DNA from: a virus
Lineage: Duplodnaviria > Caudoviricetes
Length of the DNA: 28,295 bases
Strand: one strand, 5' to 3'
Virus record (IMG/VR): IMGVR_UViG_3300020042_003126
Location: 1-28,295 of that record
Shown here: positions 15,806 through 25,548 of the stretch, piece by piece
How the letters are laid out: every line of letters begins with the position of its first letter
Position numbering within the stretch: the first letter of the stretch is position 1
Notes under the pieces: generated by a model
Database searches by the model: none
Seen by the model: the letters and a program-made list of their open reading frames with translations, nothing else
What the model was told of the DNA's origin: nothing
Made by a program: the position numbers and the translations under genes

Positions 15806-16240
15806 TTATATTGGCACTGCACAATCAGTCCAATCATTGACAGTCAGCGTGATGCTCATCTGATACCCTGCAGCATAATCTAGTAGATCATTATTGAGGG
15901 GTGAGAATGTAGGCACTCCTACCACATCAAAGCTGTAGTCAGTACTATCCATATAGTAGATGTATAAATCATTAAGTATTTGCTGAGTATCACTAAGTAT
16001 AGTGATGATATTAGCTCTATCTTTTTGGATGATGTCATAACAATAAATATCAAAGGTAAACTCTGTAGTATTTTCTGTAGGGATCACACTACTAGGTACA
16101 ATATAGACCAGGGGATACTTCTCATTTTGAGTAGCAAAGTTATAGAGCTGTTCCTTAAAATCACTACCTACTTTGAATACTTGCTTGTGAGCTGTGTAGA
16201 AGGTAATGATGTGGTTTGTGATGGCTTGTAGTGAGTTCAT
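15806..16240 (-). CDS. Tail terminator/completion protein
   Basis: 144 aa, YPLVYIVP...LSDTQQILNDL...AGYQMSITLTV; next to the tape measure gene. Confidence 0.55.
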   Translation of the reverse strand: MNSLQAITNHIITFYTAHKQVFKVGSDFKEQLYNFATQNEKYPLVYIVPSSVIPTENTTEFTFDIYCYDIIQKDRANIITILSDTQQILNDLYIYYMDSTDYSFDVVGVPTFSPLNNDLLDYAAGYQMSITLTVNDWTDCAVPI

Positions 16241-18594
16241 TATAGTTCTGAGTTTTTATTAATACGATTAATTTTATCCTGTACTGATGTTACCTGTGAC
16301 TCACTTACTATAGCTGTCACTGTCATAGATGTACTACCATCTGAAGATGTACCTCCTGCACTCATGCTGTTCCCTGTATTAGCTGAGCCAAATAACTGAG
16401 CTGCTTGAGGTACTACCTGAGAAGTGGATGAGCTTCCCCCACCTCCTGCTGAACTATCACCACTCACAGAAGCTGATGGGCTAGTAAGCAACTGCTTAGC
16501 CTTAGCTACGTTGGTAGCAATCTGTATAATACCTGATGCAAATTGTGCTATACCTGCAGCACCTGCACTAACTCCATTCAATGGGTTGCTATTGGCAGCA
16601 GCTACTAATCCTGAGATAGCTTTAGCCGTATCTATACCTATCTGAACTAGAGCAGAGGCCTTATTGAATTTAGCTAACTTTGCTTGGTCCTTAATGAGCA
16701 TACCTCCTAAGTTAGTAAGCCCATCTACTGTATCTTTAGCTAGTGATATCTTTGCATCCCTTTCTTTTTGTGCTGCTGCTACCTTCTCATTAGATGCCTC
16801 TATCTCTATATTCTTTAGATTATCCTGATGAGCTTTCTCTAGTTTCTCTAGTGTCTCATAGTTACCATTAGCAGCTGCTACATCTAGTGCAAATTGAGCA
16901 TTCTCTGCTTCTCTCTTCTGAGTCTCTTGATCCTGTAATGATAGCAATAGATCCTGTTGTATCTTAATCTTATCCTGTGCTAGCAGTGCTAACTGATCTT
17001 TTTCCTGTTGGTTATATACAGCAATTAATTCCTGCTTCTGCTCTTCTGTAAGAGTGGCATTAGCTAGTGTATCTGCTCGCATCCTTTCAAAACTAGCAGC
17101 CATTGCCATCTTCTCTTTTTCAGCACCCTCCTCCATAGCAGCAAACTTAGCATCTAAAATCATCTGTTGGCCTGCAGCAAAATTAGTAGCAGCTGTTTGT
17201 TCGATTTGTAGTAGCTCTTGATTTTTTAACAGCTCAGCATTGGTTAATATCTGAAGCTCCTCTTTAGTAAGTTTGTCTACTGCATTTAATTTAAGCTCTG
17301 CTAACTTAGCATTGTACTGCTCCTCTGATATTTTCTTACCTAAGAATTGTTTATCTAGGGCTTCCATTTCTTTTTTGAGCCTTTCATTTAGATATGTCTT
17401 TTTGTAATCTTCAAATGCCTGCTCTCTTAGCATCTTATCCTTATCTATCCCTGACTTCATGAGTGCCATTTCACTCTTTAAAGTTTCGGTTTCTAGCTTC
17501 TCTTTATCTGCATTAAAAGCCTTAATATCATCTAGCCTATCTTTAAGTAAATTCTTTTTATCTCCATTGCCTTTTTTACCTTCTGTATTTTTTTTCTGCT
17601 CAGCTTTCTGCTCATCTAGGTTTAGGATCTTAAGTTCATTGTGGCTGTTAAGTCTAGCGTTACCCATCTCAGCTATCAATGCATTAGATTTGCCTATGGC
17701 AGCATTAGCAGCATCTGTACGTTTCTTACGATCCTCTTCAGATATGTTTAATGTTTGAAGGTTCTGGAGTTCTAGCTTCATTTTCTTAACAGTAAGCATA
17801 GACTCTTTTATCTGCTCAGTCTGATATGCAATGGATGCTCTTATCTTTGCCCTCTGTAGTTCATACGTACCCTTACCCTCTGCCTTAGCTAGTGCTATTT
17901 TTCTGTCATAGTCTGACATCTCCATCTTATTCTTATCTTCTAACACTTTTGATCTCTTCTCATTAGCTTCTATCTCAGCATCTATTCTCTCTAGTTCATT
18001 AGCTCCTCTCTCTTCCCCTGCATTATCAGTAAGGCCCATCCAGTCTGTGAGCATCTCAAAGCCTTTTATAAGCATATTGATTGGCATCATTAAAGCATCT
18101 ATGACTATCTGTAGTACTCCAAATTTTTTCATGAGTAACACTACGGCTACCACAATAGCAATAATAACAACGGCCAATAAAAAATAAGGGTTAGCTAATA
18201 ACTGTAAGCCTAACTTGAGCATCAAAGAACCTAGGCTACTCATCACCTTCATTAAGGCACCCATCCCACTAGCTAGAGCTTTAGGATCTACACCTTTTAA
18301 AGTAGTGGCAAAAGTCTTAGCCTTAGTGGCTGCCTCTTCAAAATCTAGGCTCATCAAACTTTCCTTAATACCACCCAATCCATTACTTACCTGCTCAAAC
18401 TTTGAGCCTGTAGCAAAGACAGCCACTGCCTCATTAGCATCCTTTATCTTATCTGATAATTCACCTGCTGCCTGTGATAGCCTAGCAATATCTGCAGGAT
18501 CTGTAGCATTAGCTATCTCACCTTTGAGTGCTTTTAATTCTGCCTTAATGGCACCTAGTCCTGAGACTCTTATAGGTATCTCTACTTCATTCAT
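16240..18594 (-). CDS. Tape measure protein
   Basis: 784 aa, A/K/E/L-rich helical, ANPY-hydrophobic TM segment, low-complexity S/G C-terminus. Confidence 0.85.
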   Translation of the reverse strand: MNEVEIPIRVSGLGAIKAELKALKGEIANATDPADIARLSQAAGELSDKIKDANEAVAVFATGSKFEQVSNGLGGIKESLMSLDFEEAATKAKTFATTLKGVDPKALASGMGALMKVMSSLGSLMLKLGLQLLANPYFLLAVVIIAIVVAVVLLMKKFGVLQIVIDALMMPINMLIKGFEMLTDWMGLTDNAGEERGANELERIDAEIEANEKRSKVLEDKNKMEMSDYDRKIALAKAEGKGTYELQRAKIRASIAYQTEQIKESMLTVKKMKLELQNLQTLNISEEDRKKRTDAANAAIGKSNALIAEMGNARLNSHNELKILNLDEQKAEQKKNTEGKKGNGDKKNLLKDRLDDIKAFNADKEKLETETLKSEMALMKSGIDKDKMLREQAFEDYKKTYLNERLKKEMEALDKQFLGKKISEEQYNAKLAELKLNAVDKLTKEELQILTNAELLKNQELLQIEQTAATNFAAGQQMILDAKFAAMEEGAEKEKMAMAASFERMRADTLANATLTEEQKQELIAVYNQQEKDQLALLAQDKIKIQQDLLLSLQDQETQKREAENAQFALDVAAANGNYETLEKLEKAHQDNLKNIEIEASNEKVAAAQKERDAKISLAKDTVDGLTNLGGMLIKDQAKLAKFNKASALVQIGIDTAKAISGLVAAANSNPLNGVSAGAAGIAQFASGIIQIATNVAKAKQLLTSPSASVSGDSSAGGGGSSSTSQVVPQAAQLFGSANTGNSMSAGGTSSDGSTSMTVTAIVSESQVTSVQDKINRINKNSEL

Positions 18595-21473
18595 TATGGT
18601 TGGTAGTATTTAATTTCTAAAGTGGTATTTTGTAAGTATACATCTACAAAGCCTACACCTATCTGTGAGGTGGTTACATATATTGCATTATTACTTATCT
18701 GATATTGTGCAGAGACTATCCCATCAATCTGCATATTATTAATCATGACGGTAATCTCAGGTAGAAGTATTACTCCTAGAGCAAAGTCATCTATAGCCCC
18801 ATAGTATTCACCAGCAGCGAACCTAGTCCACGTGATATTACTAAAACTATTATTAATCACTGCAGCTGTAGGAGCTGCTACACCTAACTGCGTTAGATTA
18901 GCAGTGTAGACTAAGGGAGTGATGCCGACAGGTACACCATTGAAAGTGGTAGATCTGATGCTATCTCCTATAATTACATTCTCACTAACTATGTAACCAT
19001 CACCTACTATCACTGATCTAGTGCCTCCCACTATTGTATTACCTCTACCCATTACAGTAGCAGTAGCTTGATTGCCGAATACATTAGTGTTTTGGATTTT
19101 CTTAATGTTGATATGGTTAGTAGCTAAGACTTGTAGAGGACCTATACCAGGGATGGGATCAGGTACATCAGGGCCACTAGGTCCCATGAATGGTGTGAAG
19201 TTAATCTCGTTGTCTACACTGATGAGTTCTACTCTTGTGAGCTTGTGATCATTAGCATCATAATCAATTACCTTGTTTATATTCCACCATGAGTTATCTA
19301 TTCTAATCTTATCATTTAGCTGCAGTCTCTGTATATCATTCTCTTTAAGATTAAACATAGCAGTCAACATCTTACCACTATTAATCTGCCCCATTGTACG
19401 CCTCCAGTATCTGTTATACAAGTTGTTGCTTGTTAGGCTAGTAGGTTGGTAATAGTAAAAGTCGCAGATAGCGAAGTTGATATCAAAGGTAGGAGTTAGG
19501 GGATCATCAAAGTGGCCTACTAGTGGGTAACTTGTTTGGTTAATCATACCTACACTACCATAGTCATAGATATAGAACTGTCCACAGGTAGCTAATGGCT
19601 GCCCTACTTCAGTCTTATCATATAGAATCCTTATGTTTGTCTCAGGAGCTGAGCCTGCTATCATAGGTACAAAGGCACCAAACAAAGTTTTGATTATAGG
19701 TGTAGGCGAGAATAGTATAGGCTTAGTGGCTACCTCTTTTACATATTCATTGTCAAAGATAACCTCAGCCTGCCCATAGATATTGTTAGTGGCATTGCTA
19801 TAAGTTGTGTTAGGTGCATCTTTATCAGGTGCATAAGTGAGTATCAGTTTCTTTGCTGTGAGCTCAGGGAGAAAAGATAAATTCTGCTCATCATCCTTAG
19901 CTAGTTTATCAGTCCAATCTACCTCAGCACCTGCATCATAAAAATCATCCCTAGATTGTAGCAGTAACTTATTGGGTTGATCAGCATCTATGGTAGCGTA
20001 AAGGTTGTACATATTGAATATGCCCTTAATAAAATCTGCCTGCTTAATCTTTTTAGGTACGTAGTCATTTACCTCTATTGTACCTGGTATAGCTATCACA
20101 TTACTGCTAGGTAATATGGTTAATGATATTGAACTAATTACAGCCTGTATAAGTAGATCACCTGTTGTGGGTGCTGGCCCTGATGTTGATCCTGTCCTCC
20201 AAAATCTAGGTGATGGATTGCCATTAGAATCTATCAAATAGCTCTGCTCCACATTGATACCTAGAGTAGATAAGAAACCAACACCAATTAATAAATAGCT
20301 TAATGGTATGGTAGTCTGTATATTTTGAGTTAATATGTTAGTAGTACCTACAGGTATAGTAAGAGGACACTCCACTGAATTGTTGGCTCCTGTAAAACCT
20401 GCAGGAGGTGCAGTATTAGTGTAGATGTTATTAAATATTATAGGAAGAGTGGCAACATTTACACCTAGTGCAGGCCGATAAAATACAGCAGCAGCTGAAC
20501 CTGTATTGTCTGAAGCATATAATGTACCACCTGAAGTATTAACTAAATTAAGCTGATAGCTCAAAGTAATACTGTAGTCATAGCTTTGTCCATTTTGGTT
20601 ACTGATATTAAAGGGAGCAGAGTATACTCCTGTTATAGGGTTAAATATATTCTGTAAATCGTCTAGCTCAGTCCAGTTAGTAAAATCTATTTTAGTGGGA
20701 TTAGGAACACTTTGAGGGATACCTATATTGCTATAGCCACCTAGGTTATCATTACCATTGATAGTGATAGGTGTAGTAATCTCTGCCTTAACAATAAAAT
20801 CCTGATTGTCTTGATTGTCTACCCCTCCATTATATGGGATAATTAGTTTATCAAATCTATCATAGGATAGACTAGGCCAATCATATTGAAATCCTGCATC
20901 AGCAAAGATACGATCAAAATATACCTTAGCAAATATAGCAGGTTTAAACTCTTGAGTGTTATAGACAGCATCACCTGATCCTGGGAGAAAGTACTTAAAG
21001 CCTTCTACTATTGTATTACTAAATCTAGCTACCACATTGGTAGCATCATATGTGTGGTTAAAATCTGTAAAGTCTATGTCTGTTAGCTCCTTGTTAGTTA
21101 TTGCTGTGAAAAAATCTGCCTTACTATCCTTGATCAGTACCTCATAGTCAACGTGCTCCTCATAGCCATCTGTGAGCTGTACCTTCTTAATTGAGGTTAG
21201 CTGCATAGTAGCATTTTCCATGATAGGTATCCCATCCTGAATGACTGAGCAGATAGTGATAGCGTTAATGTTAAAGGTGCCCTCCACGATATTGATATCG
21301 TAGTAGTGGTTAAGTAGGTTGTTGTTTACCTTGGTACCTGGTAGTGTAATAGTCTTAGAGAAGTTGCCCTGTCTCTTACTAATATCCCTAATATCTCCTA
21401 CCTGAAAATTCAAAGGGAAGGCAGTGCCCTCCTTTACATCTAGGTAGCCAGTAGTGAGTTGTATCTTAACCAT
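18594..21473 (-). CDS. Tail tip/hub protein
   Basis: 959 aa; DIRDISKRQGNFSKTITLPGT and FIKGIFNMYNL...DWTDKL motifs typical of Bacteroidota phage tail proteins. Confidence 0.7.
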   Translation of the reverse strand: MVKIQLTTGYLDVKEGTAFPLNFQVGDIRDISKRQGNFSKTITLPGTKVNNNLLNHYYDINIVEGTFNINAITICSVIQDGIPIMENATMQLTSIKKVQLTDGYEEHVDYEVLIKDSKADFFTAITNKELTDIDFTDFNHTYDATNVVARFSNTIVEGFKYFLPGSGDAVYNTQEFKPAIFAKVYFDRIFADAGFQYDWPSLSYDRFDKLIIPYNGGVDNQDNQDFIVKAEITTPITINGNDNLGGYSNIGIPQSVPNPTKIDFTNWTELDDLQNIFNPITGVYSAPFNISNQNGQSYDYSITLSYQLNLVNTSGGTLYASDNTGSAAAVFYRPALGVNVATLPIIFNNIYTNTAPPAGFTGANNSVECPLTIPVGTTNILTQNIQTTIPLSYLLIGVGFLSTLGINVEQSYLIDSNGNPSPRFWRTGSTSGPAPTTGDLLIQAVISSISLTILPSSNVIAIPGTIEVNDYVPKKIKQADFIKGIFNMYNLYATIDADQPNKLLLQSRDDFYDAGAEVDWTDKLAKDDEQNLSFLPELTAKKLILTYAPDKDAPNTTYSNATNNIYGQAEVIFDNEYVKEVATKPILFSPTPIIKTLFGAFVPMIAGSAPETNIRILYDKTEVGQPLATCGQFYIYDYGSVGMINQTSYPLVGHFDDPLTPTFDINFAICDFYYYQPTSLTSNNLYNRYWRRTMGQINSGKMLTAMFNLKENDIQRLQLNDKIRIDNSWWNINKVIDYDANDHKLTRVELISVDNEINFTPFMGPSGPDVPDPIPGIGPLQVLATNHINIKKIQNTNVFGNQATATVMGRGNTIVGGTRSVIVGDGYIVSENVIIGDSIRSTTFNGVPVGITPLVYTANLTQLGVAAPTAAVINNSFSNITWTRFAAGEYYGAIDDFALGVILLPEITVMINNMQIDGIVSAQYQISNNAIYVTTSQIGVGFVDVYLQNTTLEIKYYQP

Positions 21474-22941
21474 TTATGATATCGTTGTTAGCTAGTTTAA
21501 TTGTTACATTCTGCTTAATCAAATTCTTGTTTCTTTGGTTGTATACTTGGAAGTCACTAGTCATGATATTGCAGCTGATATAGTCAGTGCTTACAGGATT
21601 ATCACAATCTACTGCATAGCTTGCCTGCTTAACAAAAGTAAAGGGTGAGCTGATGAGCTCAGTAAAGTAGGTAGCCATGTCTATTGTCATAAAGTTGGTA
21701 GCTAGATCTATGGTAGTGTCAGTGCTCACATAGGTATTAGTCATCCCTCTATCTGTAAGATCATAGCTCCATTGATTCACACCATTGATATATCCTGCCA
21801 CATCTCTATTGAATTGCTCACGTGTTACGGTACCCTTCTCATAGCTGTTAAGCGTGAAAGCAAAGCTACCCCATGAGCCTAACTTGTCTAGGAATAAGAT
21901 GCTGTACTCTGTGGTACGTATCCTCCTATCTATGTTAATCCTGTAAGTTGCTGAGCTTACTACTCCATTGCGTTCATAGTGAAAGTCATAGTATTCAGTA
22001 GTAGGCTCTATCAATAGACCTGTACCAAATACCAAAGTAAGCACCCCAAAGTTGTTAGGCCCTACAGATATGCCACTCACATGATCTACAGCTGTTACTA
22101 CCTTCTCAAATATATTACCACCATCATTCTCAAATACCATAGTATCAGGTGCAGTAGGTGAGCCATTAGCCACAGCATCTACCCACATATCCTGAGATAG
22201 AGTGCAGTACATATTCCTGTTGCCTGAGGGGAAGGTGGTAAGGAACTTATCAAAGATACCATTGAGCCTGTAGTCCTGGTAGTCATAGCTAGGCCAATCT
22301 ACCCACTTGAATGCTCCGTTAAATACAAAGTTGTTTAGGTCTAGCAGTAGGTCCCTAGTCACAGTCTTACGCCCATCTGCATAGGTGATGTCACCTCCTG
22401 TACCTGTATTGGTTACTAGTGACCATAAGCTGTTCACCACTATGTAAGCAGGGTTAGCTACTAAGACAGTGAAGAGCCCTTCTAAGTTTGGGTTGGCTGT
22501 TGGACCAGGTAAGTTCTGTGCAATGTTAATCTGATCACCTGCCACAAATGTGTTAGCTACGTTTATCTGCACGTTACCTGAATAGGGAGATGTTAGATAT
22601 TGAGTTAGTGGTGCTATGTAAGTAGTAGTAGTCAGATACTCCTCGCCTACATGAAGGTCATACTTGTAGTGGCTGTCTACTGCATTGTACACAGAGGTGT
22701 TAGTTAGGTTAAGGTCATAGCTCACAAACGACTGAAGCAGCTTACTCAAATCTATCTCACCGAAGCCAGTGCTATAGGTAGGCATAACTCTATACTCAGC
22801 TATCTTGTTAAGCGTGCCACTTTCATAAACATCAAAGATATATTTAAACCCACTTAGCAATACATTCGTACTGCTGTAGATGTACTTAATAGGATTGTAT
22901 GCAGGCATTAAGGGTTGAGCTGAGGCTTGGGCTATGATCAT
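21466..22941 (-). CDS. Distal tail/baseplate protein
   Basis: PAYNPIKY, FKYIFDVY, FLDKLGSWGSFAF and ELISSP motifs; first gene of the tail operon. Confidence 0.65.
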   Translation of the reverse strand: MIIAQASAQPLMPAYNPIKYIYSSTNVLLSGFKYIFDVYESGTLNKIAEYRVMPTYSTGFGEIDLSKLLQSFVSYDLNLTNTSVYNAVDSHYKYDLHVGEEYLTTTTYIAPLTQYLTSPYSGNVQINVANTFVAGDQINIAQNLPGPTANPNLEGLFTVLVANPAYIVVNSLWSLVTNTGTGGDITYADGRKTVTRDLLLDLNNFVFNGAFKWVDWPSYDYQDYRLNGIFDKFLTTFPSGNRNMYCTLSQDMWVDAVANGSPTAPDTMVFENDGGNIFEKVVTAVDHVSGISVGPNNFGVLTLVFGTGLLIEPTTEYYDFHYERNGVVSSATYRINIDRRIRTTEYSILFLDKLGSWGSFAFTLNSYEKGTVTREQFNRDVAGYINGVNQWSYDLTDRGMTNTYVSTDTTIDLATNFMTIDMATYFTELISSPFTFVKQASYAVDCDNPVSTDYISCNIMTSDFQVYNQRNKNLIKQNVTIKLANNDIING

Positions 22942-22951
22942 AATTCTATTT

Positions 22952-22963
22952 ACCTATATTATC
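22952..22963 (-). promoter_or_regulatory. Late promoter motif variant GATAATATAGGT (tail operon)
   Basis: 11/12 match; 10 nt upstream of the ATG at 22941. Confidence 0.6.
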
Positions 22964-23141
22964 TCTTATTAGTATTATTGTTTTTAAAAGCATTCATAGC
23001 TATCAGGTAGGCATGATCTAGTAAGGCTAGATGTTGCTGCATCCTATCAGGTCTATTGAATACTATCCTAACCTGCTTACCGGTCTTATGGTGGATATAG
23101 GCCTGCACCACTTGTATCTTATGTAAGACATCAGAATGCAT
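22959..23141 (-). CDS. Small hypothetical protein after the terminase
   Basis: Track ORF; likely start MHSDVLHK at 23141. Confidence 0.6.
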   Translation of the reverse strand: MHSDVLHKIQVVQAYIHHKTGKQVRIVFNRPDRMQQHLALLDHAYLIAMNAFKNNNTNKR

Positions 23142-24279
23142 AGTAACTATCATCAGTGTAATACTCCTGCCTTATGTGAGTAGTGGCGTATCTGATGGCA
23201 TCCATAGCATCATCAAATAATTTAACAGGCTCATCAGTTATGAAGTCCCCTATCTTTTTCCATTTGTAATTCTCATACTCCCTCTTAATGGCCTTATCAT
23301 CCTGGCATATCACACCGAAGGTCTTAAGGTTATCTATCCCTTTCTTAACTACTTTGTTAGCATTCTGAACATCATACCCTGCTATGTTCATCTCCTGTAT
23401 TATTTCAGGTCTAGAGTAATCTGCTAAGATGGTTACAGTCTGTTCTATGTTTAGGGTGGCTAACTTCTCTATGAGCATTGTGGTAGTCAGGTAGCTCTCA
23501 TATATCACAGGCTCTATGTAGATGTCATTATCACAGTAGTACACCCTCATCAAAGCTGTGGGGTGGTTGTATCCAAAATCTAATCCATATACGTACTTAA
23601 CAAACTTAGCAGGCCTATGAGCTACAAAGGTCCATTGACTATAGATGTTACTCTTAGAGATAGCCTTCTCACCTAGGGCATAGATCTGATACAGTGCCTC
23701 ATCTGTTCTAGCTAGATCCTCTATCTGTGCTTTGATACTATCAGGTAGGAAGGGGTTATCTTTATAGGTGCTCTTTATCTTAATGCTCTCATTAGCAGGT
23801 AGCTCATACAGCCATGAGGCAGAGTCTGATGGATTATAGTCAAAGATTAGCTTATCCTCAGTACGCATATTTAATTGGGTGAAATCATCGAAATAAATTT
23901 CGTTGGCCTCATTGCACCAGGCTATGTCCCTTTTACGGCCTCTTATCTTCTGCTCATCATCCACACTAAAAAACTCTACCATGCTACCATTAGCAAAGGT
24001 GTAAATCTGCTCACTCTTGTTATGCATCTCCTGCTTATACAGGCCTATATCTTTTAGTATCTCTATGAAGTCCCTAAGCACTGTAGCACGTAGGGCAGGG
24101 AAGGTTTTACGGATAACTGACACCACCTTATTGTTATTCTGCAGGCAGTAGATTATCATGAGCTGGCAGAGGCTGTAAGTCTTAGAGCTCCTAGAACCAC
24201 CCTCATTAATAATGAAACGCTTATCTCCTAAGATAGCCTCATAGTTCTTTTCAAATATGGCAGTCGCTTTTATGTCCAT
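23131..24279 (-). CDS. terL: Terminase large subunit (PBSX family)
   Basis: Walker A GGSRSSKT, Walker B WCNEANE, DYNP, STYKDNPFL; nuclease motifs GLDFGY and DDAMDAIRY. Confidence 0.95.
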   Translation of the reverse strand: MDIKATAIFEKNYEAILGDKRFIINEGGSRSSKTYSLCQLMIIYCLQNNNKVVSVIRKTFPALRATVLRDFIEILKDIGLYKQEMHNKSEQIYTFANGSMVEFFSVDDEQKIRGRKRDIAWCNEANEIYFDDFTQLNMRTEDKLIFDYNPSDSASWLYELPANESIKIKSTYKDNPFLPDSIKAQIEDLARTDEALYQIYALGEKAISKSNIYSQWTFVAHRPAKFVKYVYGLDFGYNHPTALMRVYYCDNDIYIEPVIYESYLTTTMLIEKLATLNIEQTVTILADYSRPEIIQEMNIAGYDVQNANKVVKKGIDNLKTFGVICQDDKAIKREYENYKWKKIGDFITDEPVKLFDDAMDAIRYATTHIRQEYYTDDSYYAF

Positions 24280-24312
24280 AGCAAAGCTACCCCCCTCTCA
24301 GAGAGTCTATTG

Positions 24313-24330
24313 TTATTATTATTATTATTA
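24313..24330. repeat. (TTA)6 microsatellite between terS and terL
   Basis: ttattattattattatta directly visible. Confidence 0.8.
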
Positions 24331-24332
24331 TA

Positions 24333-24743
24333 CTACTTAACTATAGTAACAGTTATAGCAGATATCTTCTCATCACCACTGGTAACATCTGTATGCTCTT
24401 TCAGTGCATTTATTCTTTGCGTGATGGATGCATTATACTGTCCTACCATTCCACCCTCTATCTGATCCATCCTGATTGCTTCCTCTATGCGCGAGCAGAT
24501 TGTCGCATACTCAGAATATCTCCCATCCGTATTAGCAAAGTAATCCTGCACACTGCACTCTTTATCAGCAGCATAAGTTCTAAAACCTACCTGAGTTAAA
24601 GGTCTTTCTAATGGTATAGCTGTAGCCTCACCTGTTTTATTAGACAAGCTGTAAGAATATCTAGGTGTAGATTTACACCAGGTTCTATATCCATCAAATA
24701 GCTCCCACATTTTCTCAGGAGTTTCTATGTGCTTAGGTCTCAT
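24333..24743 (-). CDS. terS: Terminase small subunit (P22 gp3-like)
   Basis: ETPEKMWELF..Y, RPLTQVGF, RIEEAIR.DQIEGG.VGQYNASITQR; directly upstream of terL. Confidence 0.8.
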   Translation of the reverse strand: MRPKHIETPEKMWELFDGYRTWCKSTPRYSYSLSNKTGEATAIPLERPLTQVGFRTYAADKECSVQDYFANTDGRYSEYATICSRIEEAIRMDQIEGGMVGQYNASITQRINALKEHTDVTSGDEKISAITVTIVK

Positions 24744-25216
24744 TTTCTTTTTAATTTATGATAAAGGTACTCACTCTCTGCTGTGTGGGTTGCCCCTGTC
24801 ATTAGTTTACCCTCTGCATTTTTGTGAGTAGGTCCAGTGTACAGCTTACCATCTTTAGTGTAGTGAGGCTGCCCTTCTACTAGTTCAGTATTATCTATTG
24901 TCTTAAGTTTACGTTGAGCCCACTCTATCCCTGCATCACCTCCCCAACATAACCACATTAACCTACCACATCCATCACCTAGTTCCTTCTGTGAGTTTTC
25001 TCTATGCCTTTCAAATGCAGCCATTCTAGCTATCGTATCTCTACTGATGGGCTCACCCTTTGCTAACTGATTAGCTCTAGCTTTACCCACAGCTGTGCCA
25101 CATTCACCCCATCCATTTTCCTCTACCCACCTTAATGCTATTTTAGCATTTTCAGTAGCAGCTGCAGGATAGTCTGTGTAAGATGCAACGAATTGAGCTC
25201 TGTATCTATTTAGCAT
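24740..25216 (-). CDS. Conserved phage protein of unknown function (two small domains)
   Basis: SYTDYP...GTAVGKARANQLA...WLCWGGDAG domain plus His/Thr-rich PHYTKDGKLYTGPTHK...MTGATHT domain. Confidence 0.7.
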   Translation of the reverse strand: MLNRYRAQFVASYTDYPAAATENAKIALRWVEENGWGECGTAVGKARANQLAKGEPISRDTIARMAAFERHRENSQKELGDGCGRLMWLCWGGDAGIEWAQRKLKTIDNTELVEGQPHYTKDGKLYTGPTHKNAEGKLMTGATHTAESEYLYHKLKRK

Positions 25217-25406
25217 TTTCTTCGTTCTCTACACCTTTGTACTTTACCTTAGGAGCTTTCTCCTCAAATAAGTAACCTAAACCAATAGAGGTGTAATACT
25301 TGTGCTCTTTAGCAGTCTCTTCTGTTACTGTAATTGTACGTGAGTAGTTACCATGGTAAGTAGTCACTGTTGTCCCTAAAAATTCATTCTTTATTTTCAT
25401 ATTCAT
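25206..25406 (-). CDS. Small hypothetical late protein
   Basis: ORF overlapping both neighbours in the operon. Confidence 0.6.
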   Translation of the reverse strand: MNMKIKNEFLGTTVTTYHGNYSRTITVTEETAKEHKYYTSIGLGYLFEEKAPKVKYKGVENEENAK

Positions 25407-25548
25407 CCAAAATTATAAAACTGTAATAAAATAAAACCCATAGTCCTGCTGCCTTACTAGCCCACTCATACTCTAATCTAAACAAAGCATAACCAGTGAA
25501 CATGCCACAGAATAATGCTAAAGTACTAATAAATCGGCTCACTCTCAT
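25384..25548 (-). CDS. Small two-TM membrane protein (54 aa)
   Basis: Start revised to 25548 (MRVSRF), abutting the late motif; two hydrophobic stretches. Confidence 0.55.
   Translation of the reverse strand: MRVSRFISTLALFCGMFTGYALFRLEYEWASKAAGLWVLFYYSFIILDEYENKE

Noticed and set aside
20721-20732. Sixth late-promoter-like match (AGCAATATAGGT)
   Set aside because: Internal to the tail hub gene, two mismatches in the TATAAT part, and not followed by ATG.
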